NCBI GenBank assembly: GCA_002269645.1
Contig: NIVC01001614.1
Location: 39,324-103,323, forward strand
Reading direction: 5' to 3'
Length of the DNA stretch: 64,000 bases
Source: Macrostomum lignano
Taxonomy: Eukaryota
The position numbers and the translations under genes were made by a program. The notes under the pieces are model-generated. The model was not told where the DNA came from. It was given only the letters and a program-made list of their open reading frames with translations, and made no database searches. Positions 53,985 to 64,000 of the stretch are shown here, piece after piece; the first letter of the stretch is position 1; each line of letters opens with the position of its first letter.

Positions 53985-54335
53985 TCAATGGTAGCCTTCG
54001 TGCGGATAATCCAAAAATTTCAAACCCTCCTCCGTGTTCTTCATCGGCTTATGCGTCGGCACCCTAAAATAGCCGCTACCAAGCATTATAATCACGGTTG
54101 TAGCCGCCACAATTAAACCGGCGCCAAATACTTTGTTATACTTGGCGTTGAAATGAGCGTAGCCTTCGCTATATTTCATAGTGGGTTGGATAATCTCATT
54201 CATAGAGATTGACCGGGCGGCCTCGGTGTAAGAATGATAAATGCCGACGTGCTTCTCGTGATGGCCGTGATGACACAGAGCCCGACGGCTCTGCCTGGTG
54301 GCTACAAGGCTGGCCAGCTTAAGGATTCGATTCAT
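53985..54335 (-). CDS. Small mitochondrial membrane protein of the deltamethrin-resistance prag01-domain family (invertebrate COX7B-like)
   Basis: Arg-rich, acid-free presequence-like N-terminus, HHGHH, then SMNEIIQP...Y...NAKYNKVFGAG followed by one TM helix, matching my recall of the prag01/CG7630 family. Confidence 0.6.
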   Translation of the reverse strand: MNRILKLASLVATRQSRRALCHHGHHEKHVGIYHSYTEAARSISMNEIIQPTMKYSEGYAHFNAKYNKVFGAGLIVAATTVIIMLGSGYFRVPTHKPMKNTEEGLKFLDYPHEGYH

Positions 54336-54474
54336 ATTTGCTTTTTAAAGAGTTTTGGTTGACATGCATTGGTCGGGTTGCGATGGTTTTAATAACCACA
54401 GCGAATTTTATGTACAGATTTAATTTAGACCAGTTTTATAAAACATAACAAGCTTGATTTTGACTATAGATTAC

Positions 54475-54975
54475 CGCTAGATTAGACTAGACCATAGACT
54501 ATAGTGTCGCTAATATACCATAGACTAAGTGCGCCACTATACCGTAAACTATAGTGCTGCTAGACCATAGACAGTAGGGTGCCACTAGACCATAGACTCT
54601 AGTGTGCCGCTAATACCATAGACTCTAGTGTGTCGCTAATACCATAGACGCTAGTGTGCCGCTAATAACATAGATGCTAGTGTGCGGCTAATAACTTACT
54701 CTAGTGTGCCGCTAATACCATAGACTCTAGTGGGCCGCTAGACCATAGACGCTAGTGTGCCGCTAATAACATAGACTCTAGTGTGCCGCTAATACCATAG
54801 ACGCTAGTGTGCCGCTAATACCATAGACGCTAGTGTGCCGCTAATACCATAGACGCTAGTGTGCCGCTAATACCATAGACTCTAGTGGGCCGCTAGACCA
54901 TAGACTCTAGTGTGCCGCTAGACCATAGACTCTAGTGTGCCGCTAGACCATGGACTTACAGAATGCCGCTAGACT
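54475..54975. repeat. 26-bp minisatellite (GCTAATACCATAGACTCTAGTGTGCC)
   Basis: Directly visible. Confidence 0.92.
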
Positions 54976-55944
54976 AACCTTAGTGTCTACGGGCTTTAAT
55001 ATAGCTGTGTCTTGAGGTACATCTGTGTATAGATGAAAAAATAAAAAAAGTAAAAATCGGAAAAGCCATATATTAACTATTAGAACTCAAAATGAACAAT
55101 ATTAACAATGTATTTCTGACTTTAGGTTTAGCATATATGATATAAAAAATTAAAACAAAAAGAATAAATTTCGTACTACACATACTACGCATACTAAACT
55201 GGCCAATTTTTGTATTATTTAAAGCAAATTGAACATAAAAAACAGCACAGTATCTGCGGATATCAACTTCATACACATCAACACTTTTACAAGAAATCTA
55301 AGCTTTGATGAACAACAATTGCATGAACTATTATCGTGGGACAACTGAAGGTTTAGCCATTGAAAAAAACACTTACACAAAAAGGCACAATGACCTACAA
55401 TGGAACTATAATAGTATTTGTGTGCGTTTGACTGAGAGGTATGTTAAAAATTAATTCCTAGCGCATGAGTGATATATATAGTGAGTAAATATCATCAGAG
55501 TCTTATTATACTCGTATCAAAACAATCAATGAATTAAATGTCTTCACTTGGAGTATTGTATTTCTGTGCAACACAGAGAAGGCAAAAACAATGGCACTAA
55601 AAATGACAGAAAAAGGATATATTATTATATATTGTTAGGAACAGCTTACAAAACAATCGCAGAGCGTACTCACTACTGGAAGCAATGTATGAGTATATAT
55701 ATATTAAACAAAGATTCAAATTAAATATGCTGAGCATAGGTCACAGATACCGGAATAACAAGATACGTCACCCGCAAAATATGCGTTTATTTAGTTTTTT
55801 TTCTGTAGCAAAATTGGCTGTTTTCGCTTTTATAATTTTATAATAAAAAATTCTTAGATTTTGCAAGATCGAAAATTTTACGACCAAGCAAGAGAGACAA
55901 GGGATACCAGACCGATAAACAGTTTGGCTTTCCTCTTGCCCGAT

Positions 55945-56275
55945 GGTGTCTAACTTTGACCTCTCTCCTTACTGCTCTCTCATTGGCTGAGCTAAATTGG
56001 GCCTGCCCTCTAGCCAGACTGTGCTTTGTCCGTCTGATTTTGACCTCTCTCCTCACTGCTCTCTCATTGGCTGAGCTAAATTGGGCCTGCCCTCTAGCCA
56101 GACTGTGCTTTGTCCGTCTGATTTTGACCTCTCTCCTCACTGCTCTCTCATTGGCTGAGCTAAATTGGGCCTGTCCCCTAGGCTGGGTTTCGTCCGTCCA
56201 ACTTTGACTTCTCTCCTTACTGCCCTCTCACTGGCTGAGCTAGATTGGGCCTGCCCCTAGACTGAGTTTCGTCTA
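55945..56275. repeat. 84-bp minisatellite x about 4, same family as 41180-41530
   Basis: Shared core CTGCTCTCTCATTGGCTGAGCTA(G/A)ATTGGGCCTGCCC. Confidence 0.92.
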
Positions 56276-56718
56276 TACTGCGTTCACTTGTGTACATCGA
56301 GTTAAATCAAATCCTTATTGTTCATTCTGAACTTATATGACCCTAAGGCCGCAAACCCAGAGCAAGGAAAGGAAATTTTAGCTTCCACTTTAACTTTAAG
56401 CGACACTGCGCAGACAAACTACTGAATAATGAGTAAATGTACTCTTTTTTCACAACAATAACTGCGAGTGAGATATTTCGTTAGTCTAGTTATATCCTGT
56501 GGCATAGATGCACAGAGTACAAAATAAACATGTATGAATACATATCATAAGCATTTACACGCAAAATATAGAGAACTAAATTCAATATGTCAACAGTTTG
56601 TATTAACTGAACAAGCCCTATTTTATATTTCGTTGGGGGGCCACGACTATTTGCCTGTCCGTAGTGAGTAACTTCAAAATTTGCCACGTTTTGTCCATTA
56701 ATTACCCCATGTAAGCAT

Positions 56719-56925
56719 TTCATCACGTGACTGTTTTATAGTCTACTTATTACTTATCTTTGCACTAGCGAGAAATAAGTGTTAAATGTTTAATGACCAC
56801 GCGCGATCGTAATTGGCTATTATTCAACTTAAGTATTCACATACTAAATAATCTAGCATAAAGGGGTAGATAGATAATAAAGGGGTAGATAGATAATAAA
56901 CGATGGAAAGCAGTCACGTGATGAA
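56719..56925. mobile_element. Small MITE-like element
   Basis: Perfect 15-bp inverted pair TTCATCACGTGACTG / CAGTCACGTGATGAA about 200 bp apart; no TSD seen. Confidence 0.4.
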
Positions 56926-57129
56926 GTTTGTATATGGATTAAGTGTACATTGGGGAGGAAATAAAGAATAATGACCAAAACTAATTGCCATTTGTGTCTG
57001 AGTGAATACTTTTATTATCAACCAGGATAAGAAAGAGCTATCAAAACGATTAGGCCATTAAAGTACGTAGTCATTACGAATTCAATTTTTAATTCAATTA
57101 TATTGATAACCCAATATATAGCAGAAAAC

Positions 57130-59298
57130 TTATTGAACTTTCTTATCCTTAACAAGGCCATTTCCGCCGTTATCGCCAGCGGTTGCTGCGGCCGAGTCTA
57201 TCCAATGCTCCATGGCGCATTTCTTTGGAAACCAGCCCCTAGAAGCGGAAGCGTCTCTCGCAGACTGAGACTGCTCATCAGCTAGTAATAGCTGACCGTA
57301 GAGCCATTCGCCGTGAGCTCGAGTTACAATCAGTCGCTGACCAGGCGACAATGACAATCGTTTCTCTTCGATCCAGATTGAGCACGGCTGGCAACAGGCG
57401 GTTCTCAAGCCGAAGCTAATAGGAAATCTGGTACCAGTGTAAGCTCGAATAACGCTCGCTAATACAGCCGTACTGGCTTTATGCGCCTTTTGCAGCACCT
57501 GCTCCTTTGTTAAATCGTATTTGCCGCAATCGGGTGCCAACGGCCAATCGTCCAGGCCGTTGCCAACTGGTCGGCCGGACCAGTTTATCACCTGCCGGGT
57601 AGGAGGGAGATGGCATCTATTCTCATAGGCGATTGTGCCTAACAGGTACATTTACATATAACTGGGGTCTAACAGGGTAACAGGTGTCTAACAGATACAT
57701 TGGTATCTAACACGTGTCTAACAGATACATTGGTATCTAACAGGTGTCTAACAGGTACATTGGTATCTAACAGGTGTCTAACAGGTACATTGGTATCTGA
57801 CAGGTGTCTAATAGATACATTGGTATCTGACAGGTGTCTAACAGATACATTGGTATCTGACAGGTGTCTAACAGATACATTGGTATCTAAAAGGTGTCTA
57901 ACAGATACATTGGTATCCAACAGGTGTCTAACAACTAACACACTTTGAGCATAACACGCGTCTGGTTTGTGTGTGTGTGTTATTTTGCGTGTTAACGTTA
58001 ACAATCCAGAAAAGTCCAACATGCAACTTAATTACCTGCTTAAAGTTTCTCATCCTACCCAAATCGTAGGGATATTGAAACTTCGGCGGCTGTCCAGCCT
58101 CATCAATGGACAAGTGAGCAGTCATGGAGTCGTGCCGGCATTCTAATCGATAATCGGCTTTATCGCAGATCCAAAACTCGATACCAGTTCGATTGCGTAA
58201 TATCGATTTTAGCTGAACAAAGAACAGAGCGCCAACTGCTATGGTGGTGCCTAAAGCGAGGCCCAGACAGAAGAATGCTAACAATACCTCCCACAGGTTC
58301 ATCATAGCGTAGTCCTCGGTCGGGAACTCAGAGTCCTGATGATAGAACGGATAGAACAGAGTATAATAGACGCAGTAGGACACAATGACAGCCGAGTGCA
58401 GGCAGCCTAACGGGGCGAACAATAGAAAATAGGTGAACTGAGCGTGATTCCGGTGACCGACGCAGGCGTTGATCCATGGACAGTGATGATCCATCTTGGT
58501 GACGCAGCGGCCGCACCTGCTGCAGTGATGCGATCTGCAAATTTTATAATTACAGGTATTCTAGTGTCGCTTTTTTATCAGCATAGGTTGCAATTGTTAT
58601 TATTTTATATATTCTCTCGAGATGAATTATATTGCAATAATCTCGTACATTATATTTTAATCCTGATCATTTCGATCATTTATAATTATTATCGTCTGGC
58701 TGGTCCCATATACTCGACTCTTACACCATTGATCATCAACATTATCATTGGCAACACCATCACTATCACTGTCATTACCAGTATCATCATCATCGAAATC
58801 ATCATTATCATCACACTTATCATCATTAAAATCATCACCCCACCATCTTCATCATCATCACCACCACCATCATCACAATCATAGTATTAATAATAATTTT
58901 CATAACTATAATACTCATGCCTTAAAATAATTTCAAAAGAAAAGTACTCAGCTTGTAAGTTAGTCAATAAACCAACGAAGGCCACTCACCTAGGAGCTTT
59001 GTATCCCTTACAGATAGAGCACCATTGCAACAAAGATTTCAGTTGTTGATCGTCTGTCAAATCGATCGGTCTCCAGCCAATAGGCACAAAACCGGGACCC
59101 AGAACATGGCCTTCAAATAGGTGGACATCACCAGGTAGTATTCAAGCGCGTATACGGCTACGTGCAGCAAATTGCTGTGCGATTTCAATGGCGGCCACCA
59201 TATTAGCAGCAGTCGACTAGTATAGATAGCTATATAGAATATGATAAATAGGGCGATTAAGGGGCCCCAGTGCAGGACCCGGCGAAGTCTCTGCTTAG
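57130..59298 (-). CDS. ZDHHC6: Palmitoyltransferase ZDHHC6 (DHHC plus C-terminal SH3), 3 exons; one apparent frameshift; no start codon found
   Basis: Exons: 59298-58990, 58534-58036, 57591-57130. Motifs: RRVLHWGP, GPGFVP.GW, C..C.GYKAPRSHHC..C.RCV.KMDHHCPWIN.CVG..N, YPYDLG..RNFKQV, SH3-like LIVTR...WLYG...RGWFPKKC. A 1-nt deficit lies at about 59102. Confidence 0.9.
57670..57935. repeat. 30-bp minisatellite (CTAACAGATACATTGGTATCTAACAGGTGT), about 9 copies
   Basis: Directly visible; ZDHHC6 intron 2. Confidence 0.92.
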
Positions 59299-59329
59299 CT
59301 GTGCGACAGGAAGAGTCCAGAAAAAGAGT

Positions 59330-59755
59330 TATGCGTGTGGAGTAGTGGCTAGTCTTTGTTGACTGTAGCTGCGTGTGGAGTAGTGGCTAGTCTTTGTTGA
59401 CTGTAGCTGCGTGTGGAGTAGTGGCTAGTCTTTGTTGACTGTAGCTGTGTGTTGGGTGGTGGCCAGTCTTTGTTGACTGTAGCTGTGTGTTGGGTGGTGG
59501 CTAGTCTTTGTTGACTGTAGCTGTGTGTTGGGTGGTGGCCAGTCTTTGTTGACTGTAGCTGTGTGTTGGGTGGTGGCCAGTCTTTGTTGACTGTAGCTGT
59601 GTGTTGGGTGGTGGCCAGTCTTTGTTGACTGTAGCTGTGTGTTGGGTGGTGGCCAGTCTTTGTTGACTGTAGCTGTGTGTTGGGTGGTGGCTAGTCTTTG
59701 TTGACTGTAGCTGTGTGTTGGGTGGTGGCCAGTCTTTGTTGACTGTAGCTGTGTA
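59330..59755. repeat. 38-bp minisatellite (GTGTGTTGGGTGGTGGCCAGTCTTTGTTGACTGTAGCT), about 11 copies
   Basis: Directly visible; just upstream of the first ZDHHC6 acceptor. Confidence 0.95.
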
Positions 59756-60724
59756 TGGGGCGGCTATTCTCGATTTTATGTTTAAATCAGTCGATTGAAA
59801 ATAAATATGCATCAAAGACGAGGTATAATACGTATAACGAAGTAGTGTTATGATATATTTCTAGTTAGTCAACGAAATTGACATTGATTATAATTTAGTT
59901 GCAAATAGGACACAAAAAATCACAAGACAGGAGTGAACTATCAACCCAACATATCAATATATTTAAAGCTCCAGAACCAAATATAAAAACAGAATCGTTT
60001 TAGCAATTTTATAATATAGTAGAGATCTAAATTTAATACCGCATACGAGATGAGGATAAATCAGCGCAATAAAACAACTGGGAAGTTACCCTAATAACAT
60101 GGAATAAAAATTAATTTAATAAAAAAGTTATTATAAGTGAAAATTTCATAAATTACTTTTATAAAAAATTGTGCAAGATATTTACATCAGATTGGACATG
60201 AAGTCCAGATGTGTAATCTTCAAAAGTATTGATAAAGGAAGCCTGAATGTCTCAATTAATGAATTCAAATTATATCTGAGATATCAGGTAAATTACCAAT
60301 GTTACGAACTGTTTAGTGTCCTATTTAATTGAGACATTTTTGCATACTTTCTATACTTTTAAGTGAGGTTATTAATTTAATGTCATTCTAGCATAAAAAT
60401 CTGATATACCTTAATGCACGAGTATAACAAACAAGAGGTACTTGTAAATGAGCTATATATATAGTATCTGAATATTCATAAATAGTCATGCACCTTTTTT
60501 AATACAGGATAATAAACAATTAATAAAAAAGAAAAAATGACAATAACAATTGGACGCAAAAAAAAACTTTTTCAACTCAATTCAACGTAGCCTTAAAAAG
60601 GTATAATATAACCATCTAACTATCTAGTCAGAGGAACAGCTCCCAAAAAATGTAAACTATTGAATTATGGATATTTAATGAGTTTAGCTCGTATAATCGT
60701 TATTCTTTTACCTAGATAAGAAGC

Positions 60725-60850
60725 TTAGGTTTACAGAAGCTTACAATTTACAGAAGCTTACAGTTTATATAAGCTTACAGTTCACAGAAGCTCACAGTTT
60801 ACAGAAGCTTACAGTTTACAGAAGCTTACAGTTTACAGAAGCTTACAGAA
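60725..60850. repeat. 17-bp repeat (TTTACAGAAGCTTACAG), about 7 copies
   Basis: Directly visible. Confidence 0.85.
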
Positions 60851-60983
60851 TCAGTGCAGTAGCTTGTAAAGGAACAATACATCTAAGATTTTGCTTTTAA
60901 AGCAGAATTTGTGACCACAGTAACGAAAACAGACGGTCAACCTTTCTTGGAAATATCTTTCAGTTCTTCAGTTGGAATTTCAA

Positions 60984-62849
60984 TCACAGAGCACTAGCAC
61001 TATTAGAAGCCGATGGCGTCTTGGCACTGCTCGGATCATTCTGATTGGCTGAAGAATCCACAACTGCCGCCTCATTCTGCTGATCACTTAAGACAGCCTG
61101 TTGATCTGATGACTCAACATCGAAACGATTGTTCTCGCGATAATCATCCGGAAGCGATGTATGAAAGTATAATTTTAATTCTCTTTTAATAGCCGCGCAA
61201 AGGTAAGATGTTAGTAGGATTAGAGGAACAATGTAAAGCAAAGCTGGTTGGCCGCTGCCTGTAGCAAAGAGAACGCCGGCACAGGCGCCAAGTCCAAGCA
61301 GGTAGCCAATCATTGACGAGACAAAATAAGGATAGAAACGATTTTTCCAAGCCAAATCGAAGAACAAATTCAGACTGATTAGGATAGCCGGCATTATGAC
61401 ATCGCCGAGACCGAGAATTGAGTAGGGCAGCAGGCAGGTGGATACAGACTCAGCCGGAGGATAGGGCATGACCTTAAACACAATGGGAATAATCTCCCCG
61501 GATAAACCGGCTGTTCCCAAGGCTACGCGTTCCATAAAAGAGCCGCCACGTTCGACGTAATAATCCATAACGGTGTCACGCCTAACTCTATTCAAGGTTG
61601 AAGCCTCCGTTGACGGCGGGTTCGTTGGACTCGGGCCGCTGCCGCTGCCGCCGCCGCCGCCAGAGAATAGCGGCGTAATAAAGACAAAGAAAACGTCGTA
61701 CACTAGGAAGCATATCAGGATAATTGTAGCAATCTTGATGCGCAGAGCCATAGCCAAGGATTCAATGACGCGCAACACGAGTACAACGTTAAGAATATTA
61801 GTCAAGATGAAGGCCCAATGAGCATTGCGGAATACAAACCAGATTACGGCAACTGCCAGACAAAATGGATAAACGATAAACTCTAAATAAGTGTAAGATA
61901 TTTTTCCGCAACATTTGCCAAGATCGAATTCTACAGTAGTTGCTAGCCAAGGCCTTGGACCAGTCTCTAGTTTGGCTTTCACGCAGGCCAGATAGATTCT
62001 ATTGATATAATAGACGAGACTGCTAGACACGGAATAGCCGTAGAGCACTAGCATTAACCAAACGAAATAGTCGTAAGCAAAGTTCAATAGCAACAGTATA
62101 GTGATTGGAATGGCAAGAGCAAATAATAGTGAATATCGCTGTGTGCCACCAAGGCGCGCTAGCATTTACGTCTGGCTCATGCTCGGAGTTCGTATTCACA
62201 TTAGAGGCCAACCTTGAGCGTGTTAACAAGTATTCTTTCAATGCTGTAGCGGCTGTAATGCAAGACAGCACCATAGTGACCAATGCGATAGCATACAAAA
62301 TGAGAAACATGTACTGCTTAGAACCGGAATTGTCGTCGTCTGGCCTATAGAGAGTCGCTTTGACATTCGAATCCGACATGAACTGCGACTTAAAGGATTG
62401 GTAAGCTACCTTCGATATAACGACAGTTTGAAAGCTCTTAGGTAGAAGGTGCGACTCGGCCGTTAAATAAGTCGGATACCTTTCTGACGATACCACAATG
62501 AGACCAATGGCACCTTGAGCGAATGCGTTAACAGCCTTATCTGTATAGGTGCAACCACCCAAAGCCAGTATGACAATGCGATTAGCATAACTGGCATTGT
62601 TTCTATTACATCCGTTGTTTGGATAAGCATCGATAATTGGCTTGCTATCCGACGAGTGGAAAGTGTTGCTCAGATTAAAGGTTAACGATGGATCGCCGTA
62701 GGCGCAATAGTTCTCATAATGAGAATCCGTGGTGCCAACGCGAAGATAAGCAATACCATTGAGATTTAAATTCAAGGCTCTCGCTGTTCCGACTTCGAGT
62801 AGGAAACCAGCAGAACTACCAGCGACAACCAACTTGCTCGTTGGTTCAT
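60984..62849 (-). CDS. SPPL2: Signal peptide peptidase-like 2 (PA domain plus GxGD intramembrane aspartyl protease), intronless, two apparent frameshifts
   Basis: PA domain (IVILALGGCTYTDKAVNAFAQGAIGLIVV), catalytic LVYDVFFVFITP and LGLGD, and QPALLYIVP. ATG at 62849; frame breaks at about 62805 and 62100-62165. Confidence 0.85.
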
Positions 62850-63629
62850 TTCTTTCTCTTTGAAGAAAATTGATCGTTCAAACAAATATTTATATAACTG
62901 CTGATCAACTCGTGAAAAATGGTATCATGAAACATTCAAAATATTGTGTCAGTCAGAGTTTACGATTTTAAATTTGGATACAAAGCTAGCTAAACAATAA
63001 CAATTTTAAAAAAACACGAAGACATAAGGCGTACTTTAACTCATAAATTCGCTTCAAATTTAATTTATTAACTAAACAAATACAATGCCAGCGAAAAAAC
63101 CAAATATTTACAATTTGTAACAATCGAAAATCAATCTAATAATTATAACTATTACCAAATATATAGAGACACCATAGAAAATTTGCACAACATTCAATAA
63201 GTAAGAAGATACAATGAGAGTAACTATTAAACAGACTGATTGATATCTTAGTGATTTTTTTAATCCAGTAGTAATAGGACAATATAAAGTATTGTACAAT
63301 AATAACTAGTGTGTATAGTAGGGTAAAATATGTGGACAATCTGATTGAAAAATCGAAGGAATTTAGTCGATCATATAACACGATGAACAAGTATTACTGT
63401 GTAATTATGCATCTGGGTTGCATATGCATCATTACAATGAGTACAAAAAGCAGTAAATTACCAAGCAAACCAAGGATTACTAGAATTAGTATAAATGTAG
63501 CAACAAAATTGATCGATAGCAACGTTAATTTTTGTTACTAACACAACACCGATTCGTTAAGTTGAATGCTACCGTTTTCGTGCTTGTAAGAATTCTTCAG
63601 AATGTACTATAAAGCGATGTTATGAGCGA

Positions 63630-63952
63630 TTCTGTGCTGAATTGATTAATTAATTGAATAACTGTTCTGATGCGCAGATGTGCAACCGACAGCTCAGCCT
63701 CAGCTATTGCGCAGCGCATCTGAAGGCTGCGTACGGCTATTCAGTCTAAGAACTTCAGCTCAAAGTTCGCCACATAGCCTCAAATACCCAGCCAATGCAG
63801 GCACCCATTTTACAGCTGGGTGAACTGAAGCAATGCAGAGTCAATTGGCTTGCTCAAGGACAAAAATAAAGTTCCGAATGGGTCGAGAATCGAACCCCTG
63901 ACTTTTCAGTTGTGAGTTAGAGTTAGACGTCTAACCACTAGGCTACAACCCC
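63630..63952 (-). mobile_element. tRNA-derived CORE-type SINE
   Basis: The minus strand reads A box TAGCCTAGTGG and B box GGTTCGATTC, then GTCCTTGAGCAAG...CTTCAGTTCACCCAGCTGTAAAATGGGT, resembling the CORE domain of MIR-like SINEs. The 3' end is approximate. Confidence 0.72.
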
Positions 63953-64000
63953 TAGATTTCAACCTTTTGGATCGAACAGGTATCAGTGCAAGTGGTCTTC

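Noticed and set aside
58730-58880. Hydrophobic and His-rich ORFs at 58444-58930
   Set aside because: They derive from a degenerate (ATC/CAC)n tract inside ZDHHC6 intron 1.
62780-62849. Programmed ribosomal frameshifting in SPPL2 or ZDHHC6
   Set aside because: No X XXY YYZ slippery heptamer or stimulatory structure is present, and three events within 4 kb are better explained by sequence error or decay.
63880-63952. Functional tRNA gene
   Set aside because: It has A and B boxes but no convincing acceptor stem or cloverleaf, and it continues into a SINE body.

Overview
This is a eukaryotic (metazoan) window with spliceosomal GT-AG introns. Its gene set and style suggest a free-living flatworm such as Macrostomum, but that is inference only. 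I built 11 protein-coding genes by hand. The left part holds futsch/MAP1 (+, partial, one 4.5-kb exon), a 12-exon TTC24-like TPR gene (-) whose last exon ends in the CaaX box KSKTCVIM*, and a 7-exon FEM1B-like gene (+). The right part holds eight consecutive minus-strand genes: SPPL2-like, ZDHHC6, a COX7B-like/prag01 protein, EPSTI1, CHMP1, RAMAC, METTL5 and an unknown 2-exon gene. Several of the eight have a splice-acceptor-like AG just before the ATG, and ZDHHC6 has no ATG of its own, which fits an SL trans-spliced operon. Roughly a third of the window is tandem repeat, with more than 25 distinct arrays filling most long introns and spacers. It also contains hAT-type MITEs, a 660-bp foldback element and tRNA-derived SINEs. 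Three apparent 1-nt frameshifts cluster at 59.1-62.8 kb. All family assignments come from my recall of reference protein motifs, not from database searches. Exon boundaries were checked by hand for phase consistency.
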